Of a DNA stretch of 64,000 nt, positions 27,562-37,685 are shown piece after piece. Origin of the DNA: Felis catus (taxonomy: Eukaryota); contig NC_058373.1 of assembly GCF_018350175.1 (NCBI RefSeq), positions 108,130,001 through 108,194,000 on the forward strand, in the 5' to 3' direction. The notes beneath the pieces were generated by a model. The model searched no databases, was not told where the DNA came from, and saw only the letters and a list, made by a program, of their open reading frames with translations. Each line of letters starts with the position of its first letter. Positions within the stretch are counted from its first letter, which is position 1. Position numbers and translations under genes: made by a program.

Positions 27562-27805
27562 TTTATTTTTTATTTTTTTTATTTTATTTTTTTTTAATTT
27601 TTTTTTCAACGTTTATTTTTGGGACAGAGAGAGACAGAGCATGAACGGGGGAGGGGCAGAGAGAGAGGGAGACACAGAATCGGAAACAGGCTCCAGGCTC
27701 TGAGCCATCAGCCCAGAGCCTGACGCGGGGCTCGAACTCACAGGCCGCGAGATTGTGACCTGGCTGAAGTCGGACGCTTAACCGACTGCGCCACCCAGGC
27801 GCCCC
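27562..27805 (-). mobile_element. Young SINEC_Fc with 12-bp TSD (tctgtttattta)
   Basis: CpG-rich, near-consensus cat SINE; TSD 27550-27561 and 27806-27817. Confidence 0.95.
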
Positions 27806-27910
27806 TCTGTTTATTTAGATCTTTGTTGTTGTTGTTGTTGTTTTCCTGAGAGTTTTTATAGTTTTCCCCACATACGTCTTGTGCATTTTAGATTAGATTT
27901 ATACCTAAGT

Positions 27911-27995
27911 TTCTTCCTTCCTTCCTTCCTTCCTTCCTTCCTTCCTTCCTTCCTTCCTTCCTTCCTTCCTTCTTCCTTCCTTTCCTTTCTTTTTT
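27911..27995. repeat. (TTCC)n polypyrimidine microsatellite
   Basis: Direct reading. Confidence 0.95.
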
Positions 27996-28029
27996 CGGTG
28001 CTAATGTAAATGGCATTGTGTTCCCCCCT

Positions 28030-28257
28030 CCAGCTCTACTGAGGTATAATTAATATATAACACTGTGCACGTTTAAGGTGTACAATGTGGTGATTTGATA
28101 CATGTATATGTTGCAAAGTGCTTACCACAATAAGATCAGTTAACACTCCTTTACCTCACATAATTGCTATTTTGTTGTTCTTGTTATGGTGAGAACATTT
28201 AAACTCTACTCTCATAACAATTTCCAAGTATACAATACAGTATTGTTAACTATAGTT
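28030..28257 (-). mobile_element. L1MA-like 3' end fragment nested in older L1
   Basis: gtttaaggtgtacaatgtg..gtgagaacatttaaactctactctc..caatacagtattgttaactatagt. Confidence 0.7.
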
Positions 28258-28509
28258 AGTGGTGCTGTGTTTTTAATTCAAATTCCAATTGCTCATTTCT
28301 GTATATAGAAAAGCAATAGACTTTCCTATATTAATCTGGTATCCTGCAATCTCACTACAATTGTTTATTCATTCCCGAAGTTTTTGTTTGTTTTGTTTTT
28401 AGTTTTGTTTTGTTGAACCTTCAGAATTCTATTTGTTGCCCTTGTCCTTCATTTCTTTTTTGTCTTCCACTCCTTTTCTGCATCTTTGGTTTGAAAAAGA
28501 AGCACTCCT

Positions 28510-28740
28510 GGGGCACCTGGGTGGCTCGGTTGGTTGAGCATCCAGCTCTTGATTTCGACTTGGGTCATGATCTCACGGTTTGTGAGTTTGAGCCCCACGT
28601 AGGGCTTTGCACTGACAGCTTGGTTCTTGCTTGGGATTCTCTCCCTCCATTTCTCTCTCTGTCCCTCCCCCACTTGCTCTCTCTCTCTCTCTCTCTCTCT
28701 CTCAATCTAAAAATAAATACATAAACATTTTTAAAAAAAG
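28510..28740 (+). mobile_element. Can-SINE
   Basis: Canonical head, CT tract, A tail. Confidence 0.9.
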
Positions 28741-29264
28741 AAACATTCCCTCTGATTTACTCTATATGATTACATTTTCTCTCCTCTCTTAGCATATCAA
28801 TTATACTGAAAAAAAAAATAGGCCCAGGGAAGGGGTGGGATAAAAAAAAGAAAAATCAGTGGTTACCCTACAGTTTGCAATGTACATTTATGACTAATCC
28901 AAGTCCACTTTCAGATAACATTATACTGCTTCATCAGAAATGCAAATACCTTATGAGAATTTTCCCAGTTCCTCCCTTCTGTCCATTTTAACACTGCTGC
29001 CATTCATTTCGCTTATCCAAAGGTATAATCATTGAATACATTTTTACTATTATTTTTCTGAACAAACTGTTATTTGCTAGAACTAAGAAAAATAAAAAAA
29101 TTTACATTCATTTATTTTTTCTGTAACATTCTTTTTATGTAGATTTGAGTTTCTAATCTATATTATTTTCTTTGTCTCTGAAAACTTAACATTTCTTGCA
29201 AGGCAGGTCTACTGACAAATTTTTTTTTCAATTTTATTTCTCCTTCACTTTTTTTCAATTAAAA

Positions 29265-29483
29265 AACTTTTAATGTTTATTTATTTTGAGAGAGAGAGAG
29301 AGAGAGAGCAAGGGGGGGGGGGTGCAGAGAAAAAGAGGGAGAGAGAGAATTCCAAGCAGAACACATGCTGTCAGTGCAGAGCCCCATGTGGGGCTTGATC
29401 TCATGAACTGTGAGATCAGGACCTGAGCCAAAATCAAAAGTCAGACACTCAACAGTCAACTGACTGAGCTACCCAGGTGCCCC
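29265..29483 (-). mobile_element. Can-SINE
   Basis: Reverse-complement SINEC; flanking tctcct(t/c)cact repeat. Confidence 0.88.
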
Positions 29484-29574
29484 TCTCCTCCACTATTGAA
29501 GGATGATTTCACTGGGAACATTATTCAGGATGGTGTGTTTTCTTCCTTCAGCACTTTAAATATTTCACTCCACA

Positions 29575-29752
29575 GGCATCTGGTGGCTCTGTTGGTTAGG
29601 CGTGACTCTTGATTTTGGCCCAGATGATGATCTCACAGTTGTGAGATGGAGCCTCATGTTGGGTTCTGTGCTGGGTGTTAAGCCTGTTTGAGATTCTCCC
29701 TCTCCCTCTGCCCCTCTCCTCCACACCCCTCCTCACTTTCGTGTATTCATGA

Positions 29753-29795
<43 letters not shown>

Positions 29796-29806
29796 AAAAA
29801 AAAAAA
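29575..29806 (+). mobile_element. Can-SINE with long (TC)n tract
   Basis: Degenerate head, (TC)n near 29755-29792, poly-A. Confidence 0.85.
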
Positions 29807-31134
29807 TCACTCCTCTGTCTTGCTTGGAAGATCTCTGAAGAGAAGTCCAATGTAATTCTTCCTTCCTCCTCTATACGTAAGGTATTTCCACCCCACCTCC
29901 TACCTAGCTTCTTTAAACACTTTGTCTTTGGTTCTCTGCAGTTTGAATATGCTATGTCTAAGTGTAGATTTTTTAGTATTTATCCTGCTTGGCATTCTCT
30001 GAGCTTCCTGGATTTGTGATTTACTGTCTGTCATTAACTTTGGAAATTTTTCAGTCATTATTTCTTCAAATATTTCTCGTGTTTTTCTTTCTTCCCCTTC
30101 TGACATTCCCATTAAACCTTTTCTCATTGTTCCACAGTTCTTGGATAATTTGTTCCATCTTTTTCATTAATGCATTTTCTTTGCATTTCAGTTTCGGAAG
30201 CTTGCACTGACATACTTTCAAACTTTCATTCTTTCCTTAGCTGTGTCCAGTCTACTGATGGGCCCATCAAAAGCATTATTTTCATTACATTGTTTTTCAT
30301 TTCTAGCATTTTCTTTTTCATATCTTTGCTTATATCACCATCTGCTCCTGCATGTTGTTCACTTTTTCCATTACAACCCTTAGCATATTGATCATAGTTA
30401 TTTTAAATTCCTGGTCTGATAATTCCAGAATCTCGGGCATATCGGAGTCTTATTCTGGTGTCTGGTGCTTGGGTTATCGCTTCAGATTGTGGGGTGTTTT
30501 TTTTTTTTTGCCTTTTAATATGTTTTGCAAATGTTGTTGTTGAAAGCTAGGTAGACAGAACTTTACTATGAAGTTTTATGTTTATCTGGCTAAGAGTTAG
30601 GCTGTGTTATTGTTTGTTGTAGCTGTGGTGTCTGAAGCTAAAATTGCCTCTAGTGTCCTTATTTTTGTTTCTCTTGTTGTCTTTGGATGTCCCTAGTGAC
30701 TCTTTAAATAAGGTCTGAGGCTTGTTGTTCTTTTAGCTGCAGTTCCCTACTATTACACAGAAGCCCTACTGATGTGGTAGCATGGTCAGGTGTGGGAGGA
30801 AGGAAAGCATTCTACAGTCCTCTGATTAGTTCTCAGTCTTTTAGTGAGTCTGAGTTGAATATTTCCCTTCCTCCATGTTGAAGGCTAGCTAGGGCTGGAG
30901 CTGGGTGTTTTCCCTCCACAAGGTCAGTTGAGCTCTGGCAAAAAAGTTTCCTTTGAGGGCAGATCTTGTTAAAAAGAACAGAGTGCTCTGGGAGTATTTT
31001 TAAGGGTTACTTTCTCCCACGGAAAGCAAGAGGAGAGTTTTCTCAGACCATCACAGTGAGAATTTGTTAGGGCTCCCGAACGTAAAACTCAGAAAAGTTG
31101 TGGCACCCCTCTAAGGCTGAGCCTCAGAGTTTTA

Positions 31135-31315
31135 TTTTTTTTTATTTTATTTTTTTTTCAATATATGAAATTTATTGTCAAATTGGTTTCCATACAACAC
31201 CCAGTGCTCATCCCAAAAGGTGCCCTCCTCAGTACCCATCACCCACCCTCCCCTCCCTCCCACCCCCCATCAACCCTCAGTTTGTTCTCAGTTTTTAAGA
31301 GTCTCTTATGCTTTG
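31135..31315 (-). mobile_element. Young 5'-truncated L1 (L1_Fc-like 3' end) with perfect 17-bp TSD
   Basis: Poly-T then aaatttattgtcaaattggtttccatacaacacccagtgctcatccc; TSD tgagcctcagagtttta at 31118-31134 and 31316-31332. Confidence 0.92.
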
Positions 31316-31873
31316 TGAGCCTCAGAGTTTTAAATGCTAAAGCTGGTCCCCATAGAGCCCCCAGCAATCCACAATTATAATTAAATTAAAGTATTCCTAC
31401 TGATATTTGCTCCAACTGTCATGTTGGCTTCAGCTGCTGGCTTTGGCTCCTGGTAAACTGTGATCTTCTGGTAAGCTGTGATTCTCCATATCCATCTGTC
31501 TGTCTCTTCAGTTTTCAGGACAACAGTTTGCCCAGTGACCTCAATTCTCTGATGGATCTAAAAAGAGTTGTTGGTTTTCAGTTTGTTCAGCTTTATTTTC
31601 TTATTGTGAGGATGGAAGCTTCCAAGCTTTTTACATATTGGACCAGAAACTAAAAATCCTTCAGCATTTTTCTGTAAAATTATGCTTAAAGTCCGTATCA
31701 TAATTAAAAAGTGCTAGTGGCAAATTTTCAGGCTATTCTTATTTTCCATAAACTCAAACAATGTATTTATTTTCTGTTTTGATCCTTGAAAGAAAAAGAC
31801 GAAAGATCTGTAATGTCTGTTACCTTCTAGGCACTTTCCTTCCAGATGATCTGCTTTTCTTTCTTCCTTCCTT

Positions 31874-31904
<31 letters not shown>

Positions 31905-34799
31905 GTTATTGTTCCTAGAGTAGGTCAAAGGTGCAGGAAGAACTAAGGGTAATAATAAGCCAAGAATCACTTACCACAAGTTCTTCCCATATAGTTTGAT
32001 ACATTCTAAACTATCTGAATCTGACGCTTCACTCGTTAAAAGTTTCAATGCTCTATTTAGTAGCGATCCAAATTTCAAGTTGTACCTTGCCTGATCCTCA
32101 ATCACTGCCTAACTTCCTGCTTCCTACTAATATGGATTAAGGGTCAATCAAGTCATTTGCAAGTCACCTGTCAGTCTACTTAGAAAGTTCCTCGGAGTGT
32201 TTTACATTTAAATCTGCTTACACAAATTAGAAAGTGAATAAATAAGACTGCTCATTAAAGTTTATTTAAATTGTAATAAAATAAATATATTTACTAATAG
32301 GTGGTTGTAAAGAGGATAACTTAAAATTTTATCCTATAGAAACCCTTGCTTTTTCAAATTGTTACTTAAACAGGAGTGATTGGATTATGGAATACTACTT
32401 GTCTCATTGGTAATAACGTGAAAACAAATTGGTTGAATATTACTGCTTTCACTGCTCATACATGGTACGTGTGTGTGTATAAGCACATATACATACATAC
32501 TTTTCACACATCCATAAAATACCGTATTCTACACATTTTTGGAAAGGAAAATTGAACTTTGGGGCAAATTTAACGGAGGCTGAAAATGTCTTTTGCTGAT
32601 TGAATTATCCTTCTGCTTTTAACATTTGAAATGCTCAGTTTTTAATAAATGGCTTAATTTGCTATTACAAAGTGCTCATTTTTTAAAAATGTAACAGACA
32701 TTATACACTTTGGCTATAATCACAGGCTAGAGAGAATTTCTTAGCATTATAATGAGAAAGGAACTGATTGAGGGTCTCTGCCACCATGCTTATATACAAG
32801 GATGGTAACACCATGGGCAGTTCCAAAGTTTAAAAGAAAGAATATTTGTGGATTATATTAACATAATAGGCAGTCTTGGATAGTTAAAACTAGCTGAACT
32901 GTGACAGAAGCCCAAGTAATTACTACCAGCAGAAGCACAAATTTGGGGGCAAAAATAATAAGAATAATTTTTAAAAGCCCACCAACAATACTCATATTCA
33001 CATTTATTGATTGCTTACTGTGTTCCAGCAACTATTCTAAGTGCTTTAAATGTGTTATCTCCATTATGCCATAATTCTGTGACATAGACATAAATGAGTA
33101 AACTGAGGCACTGAGAGATTAAATAACTTGTTAGTGTCAGAGTCTGTCTTCAAACTCACTCCTGACTGATATCAGTATATTTAACATTGAGTTTTCAGCA
33201 TGTCAAATTAAAAGGTTTGTGTTTTAAAGAGCTATTCTTTTCACAACTAAGAAAGAAAATATGAGTAAATATTTTTGGTCCTTTCTTCTTTTCAGGCCTT
33301 TCCAATGGTATTTTTCAAGAAGACATATCATTCAGCAATGTAGAACTAAAACTTTAAAAAAAAATAACATTAAGATCAGTCTTTATATCTTTATGGGTCT
33401 AGTGAATCGGTTTTTAACAGAGTTTAATGCTGTGTTCGATGGACTATTGTTTTTACACAACAATATAACTGAATCCAATATAGATATCCACATTAATATA
33501 CCACTCTAAGCTAGATTGTAACAATATAATATGGCAAATATGAGAAGTAAAATAATCCAGCATCAAGTGGAGATAAAAGCGCAATGATTTTTTGTTGAAC
33601 TCAAAATACATTTTTCTTTCGTTTAAAAGATTTACAGGTTTGAAATATATTTTTTCAAAGGCAAAAAGTGATTTTTATTCAGTACCTTGCAAAGTCATGT
33701 TAGCAAACAGACAATACTGGCCGCCACCATGTCGAGTTAACTCCGGTTGAGCAGTCCGCTGCCCAAGTCTGGGCAGGGGGTTAGAAGAATCCTTCCTCTT
33801 TCCAGTCTATACAGTGAATTAAAGGTGGTGAGTCTCAAACTAAGGGTCATCTTCCATTTTTCCCAGTCCATCTAAGATTATTGTGGGCTCTTTTACAAAC
33901 AACAAGAAAGTCTACCTAAAGCCATTTTCCTCCCATAGCCCTGAAATTCTGGTTTACGCTTTTATTAAAGCCACTGACACCTATTTGTAAATGCTTAATT
34001 TCAGATTTTAAGATTTCCCTGCTACCTTAACTACTTCCCTTGAGAAGTTTACAGCATGAGGAGTTTGTTTGCTTTATATTTTTATTTGCATTTACTCAGT
34101 AATCAAACTTCTTCATAGAAAAACTTAGTGGACAAGGAGAGTACCCTTGCGTTCTATGGCAAAAAGGGCGCTCGGTGACAGGGCCCCCGTGGTTGGACAA
34201 CCTGGCAAGAAAAACCCCATTGTAACATACAAGCAAAGGGTCGAAAGAGAGCTGCCACGACGTGAAAAGTCTGCTTTGTTGAACTGGGGCTCAGCACAGC
34301 TGTCAGCAACCTTGCACAGCACAGCCACAGAGGAGAAAGACATCGCAAGACTTGCTGCACCGGGAGCAGGAAACGCGGTGCAGGCTTGAGACCCAAATCC
34401 CTTCTCAGCAGCGCCTCCCAAAGCCAGCCACTGCTTTCCCTAGGAGAAGGCAAAGCGTCCCCAGACCCAGGTTGGCCGCACCCCAGCTCCTTTCTCTTTC
34501 CTCCGCAGCTGCACACAGACGAGCACGTGAGCCCGGCAGCGCTTCCCAGCTGTGCCTCAGCTGACCGCTTCCTGATTGGCTGAGACAGACGTGGGCTGGG
34601 GTGGGACTGGCCGCCGGCGTCGCTCGCCATTGGCTCTCAGGGAACCCGCCTCCCCCTCAGGTGAGGCGGGCTTGCGTGAGCGCGAGCCGGGCTCCGCGGG
34701 CGGGCGCGCCCCCGACACTCTCCTCCCCCCCGCCCCATCCCGCGCGCCCCCGAGCGCGCCTCCGCCCTTGCCCGCCCCCTGCCGCTGCCTCAGCTCCTC

Positions 34800-35092
34800 A
34801 GTGCACAGAGACGCCTCGTCTGAGGGGACGCGAGGATCGGCCTCGCCGCCGCTTCGTCCGGTGCTCGGGGCCCTGACAAGCTGCCTGAGGGGAGGCTCTT
34901 CTGAGCCGGACCTGGACCCTTACGATTGCCGCCTGCTGCTCCTGCCTCCGGGTTTACAAGGGTTCCCGCCTTGCACCTCCCACCTCTGGACGTGCCTCCC
35001 CTTCTCTCCTCGCGTGTGGAGGGAGCCAGCGCTTAGGCCGGAGCGAGCCTGGGGGCGGCCGGCCGTGAAGGCTTCGCGGGGACCGATTCGCC
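34800..35092 (+). other. HIF1A: HIF1A 5' UTR (exon 1), GC-rich, no upstream ATG, pyrimidine tract near 34995-35011
   Basis: Resembles the human HIF1A 5' UTR as recalled (AGTGCACAG...GCCTCGTCTGAGGGGAC...GGGGACCGATTC); TSS approximate, Inr-like TCAGT at 34798-34802. Confidence 0.8.
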
Positions 35093-35127
35093 ATGGAGGG
35101 CGCCGGCGGCGCGAACGACAAGAAAAA
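35093..35127 (+). CDS. HIF1A: HIF1A coding exon 1 (MEGAGGANDKK, phase 2)
   Basis: GCCATGG Kozak start at 35093; encodes the known HIF-1alpha N-terminus; donor GTAAGC at 35128; in-frame TGA at 35066-35068 upstream. Confidence 0.98.
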
Positions 35128-35303
35128 GTAAGCCCCTTTCCTCCGTCCGTCGCGTTCTCCGCCGGCGCCCCCCGTCCGCCCGCCGCCACAGGCTCGGGGG
35201 CCAGCCTCAGCGCTGCGGAGGGGGCCGCCTTTTTGTTTCTGCCTCTTCTCCCCTCCCCTCTCTCCCCCCAGCCTCGCCGGCCGGGCTCCCCCGCTGCCCA
35301 CGT

Positions 35304-35313
35304 CGCCATCTTG
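35304..35313 (-). promoter_or_regulatory. YY1 motif (CAAGATGGCG) in 5' intron 1
   Basis: CGCCATCTTG on + strand matches the YY1 consensus, downstream of the TSS within the CpG island. Confidence 0.5.
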
Positions 35314-37075
35314 TCGTGGGGGGTGGGAGACGCCTCGAAAGTGCTTTCAGGGGCCGGGGGCTGAGCCCCGCTGGCCCTCCCCTCCCGGCCGCCGGGGCCT
35401 CGCGCCGCCCTCCTGCTAGCCTTGAAAATCACCCGGCCTGCCCTATACCCCCATCCGGGTGGACTTTCCCTGGCCCGAAAACCCCGGGAAGAGAGACGAA
35501 CCGCAGCTCGGTCGCCGCCGTTTGCACCCGAGCTTCCGCTCCTTCCCGCCCCCATTCTCTCCAGTTCCATTGAACACTCGGCCCCGGGGCGGACCCTGCG
35601 CGCTGGTCCTGGCTTCCCAGTGGGCTCGGGGCCCTGGTTTTCCCACCCAGGGGCTCGCGTGGTCAGATGAGACCTTACGGTGCGGTTGTCTAGTCGCGGC
35701 GGGTGTCTTTGCCTTTGTGCATTAGGGATTTGTCGCGACGGCCTGAAGATGCTAACTTTAGTTTGCACGTGCAGGTTTTGTTTTGTTTTAATCGCCTTGA
35801 AAAACTTGTCTAGATTGAGGAGTCGGAGTAACGGGAATTTGGCGAAGTAGCAACATTTTAAAGAGGGCATCACAATTGGATTCTTGTGTTTATATCAGCT
35901 GTCAAGGGAGCCCAGACGTTATAAATTAATATGTGAGACTGAAAAAGTATGTGATCGCAGCAAGTTTCAATGTAGCATCGAAATTTTTAGAACGGTCTCG
36001 TTTTCATGAAATTGAAGCATATTAAAGGAAAACCTTCAAGATGTATCCGAAGTGAATAATCATTCTGTTAGAACTTAATGCAAGTTTTTAAAACACCTTA
36101 AAGTTTGAGTCTAAATGGTACATTATAGGATTAAGAATTATAAATGGATCCAGTGGGATTGAGGCCCCTCCCCCCCCAGCCCCTCACACAATTTGGTACA
36201 TTTTTGGTATTTTAACCTTTGTGGAAATCGTTTTTAAGGAATTGGAGATTTATATAGTAAGAGTTGTGGTTGGTAGACTGGCTTTACTCCTTAAAGTCCT
36301 TCCACTCTTCTGGGAGAGATTAAGATTAACTTCCCTAATCAGTATTAGCAGAAGATAAACTTGTTTATATGTTCTTGCTATTTCGTAGATACCATTTTGG
36401 TCCTTATTTCGTAGAATGATAAATTCTCTTTGTACACCAGAGAAAACCCTTATAAAATTCAAAAAGTGAGTAAATAGGCCTGGACTTAATTCCAAGAGTT
36501 GACAGGAATTAATTGCAATTATTTTTGCGGAAATGATTACAATGCTTTTAATGAAATGATGAAGTTGCTATATTATAAACGTGAGGCAGATTACCTCTGT
36601 GTAGTGCCAATTTTCAGTTCTTATTCTGTGCTGAATCGTACTTAATACTGTGCATCAAGTTATACACCAATCACTTCTTTTTTATATGAAATTCTCTTTA
36701 ATTGTAAATTCTTTGCAGTTAGTTGAGATTATCACAAGCAGCTTTAATATATTTGAATTAATTAGTTACTGTGCATCACCCCCCAATTCTAAATTAGTTC
36801 TTAGATTTTGCTCAGTCCCATGTGTTATTTTCAAAATACTCTCATTTGAAAATTTAGCAAACTTGAATCGGATTGCATCATATTTCTTAATATAGAGGTT
36901 CTTATAACTGAAAAATTAAGTTAAACACTTAATAAATAGCTACTCAACAACATTTAGATGTTTGTTAAAGATATCTGGTTTTTATCCTTTTCTAACTAAT
37001 AATTTTAAAACTTTCTGAAAAGGTAACTGAGATTGAGGGGCAAGGTACTTTCTTCTTACAATTTTTCCATTTTAA

Positions 37076-37180
37076 ATGTGCTGTAGAGTCCAGTTTGGGA
37101 AGACAAATTTGTCTTCTTAAAGATGTTCTAGGAAACTAAAAAACTGAAGGATTGGAAGAAATCACAACAGGATGGAATAG
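37076..37180 (+). pseudogene. Non-coding homologue of human HIF1A alternative first exon I.3
   Basis: Pieces translate EDKFVFLK and DVLGN*KTEGLEEITTG, matching the recalled human isoform-3 N-terminus ENKFVFLKEGLGNSKPEELEEIRIENG, with frameshifts and a stop. Confidence 0.7.
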
Positions 37181-37494
37181 TTACAATAGATTTAACAGGG
37201 AATTTCATGTTGATTTCTTAGTGGTAGGTAGGGCCTGGACTTAATTTAATAGCACATTAATACTGATTTTTAGATTTCAGAGTAATGTCAAGAGGTTCAT
37301 TGTTCTCTTTAAGGTGTCAGGCCAGACTCCTTCAGTTTCCAATAACAGTTATTGGATCGTTAGAGTAAAATTTCTGAGAATGGACATTTCTTAACTTCTT
37401 TAACTTTGGCCATTAAAGTCAAGAAGCTCTCATTTATTAGTAAACTTTTCTCTTGTTACAATTGTACTTTGATTTTCCTCTTTTTTGAAGAAGA

Positions 37495-37685
37495 GCATGG
37501 TTGGTAGTTGAGAGTATAGGATCTGGACCTAGACACTTCTAGTTAGGAGTCCAGTTTTTTCGCTTGTTAGCTTTGTGAGCTTGGGCAAGTTACTGAATGC
37601 TGTTGAGCATATTTCCTCCTTTTGGAATGATAATAATAGCAACCATCTCAGTGGTTATTGTCAACATTACATGAGATAATGTTCA
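37495..37685 (+). mobile_element. MIR remnant
   Basis: gctttgtgagcttgggcaagttact..tttcctc..gataataatagcaacc..atgagataat core. Confidence 0.65.

Larger units (their letters stand above)
25315..31660 (-). mobile_element. Ancient L1 (L1MC-like) with 3' UTR, ORF2 pieces, ORF1 remnant and 5' region, carrying many nested insertions
   Basis: L1MC-type 3' end near 25330-25700; ORF2 antisense phrases; ORF1p-like peptide EIFEEIMTEKFPKLMTDSKSQIQEAQRMPSRINTKKSTLRHSIFKL at 29900-30127. Confidence 0.82.
34330..35830. promoter_or_regulatory. CpG island / TATA-less HIF1A promoter
   Basis: Sharp rise in GC and CpG density against AT-rich flanks; GC boxes; inverted CCAAT boxes (ATTGG 34575-34579, 34629-34633); E-box CACGTG 34524-34529. 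Confidence 0.93.

Noticed and set aside
34889..35092. Possible non-AUG N-terminal extension or uORF of HIF1A
   Set aside because: In-frame TGA at 35066-35068 blocks any long extension and the 5' UTR has no ATG.
18200..35130. Orthologue of lncRNA HIF1A-AS1 or a testis-type upstream exon I.1
   Set aside because: Expected by synteny but I cannot place exon boundaries from sequence alone.
34576..35364. 262-aa plus-strand ORF over promoter and exon 1
   Set aside because: Non-ATG start upstream of the TSS, out of frame with HIF1A and runs through the splice donor; GC artefact.
34920..35873. 317-aa minus-strand ORF across exon 1
   Set aside because: Lies in the CpG island where stops are rare; low-complexity G/R/A/P composition, no recognisable domain.
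36477..37246. Exact 15-mer ggcctggacttaatt at 36477-36491 and 37232-37246
   Set aside because: A repeated 15-mer is roughly expected by chance in 64 kb; no known motif.
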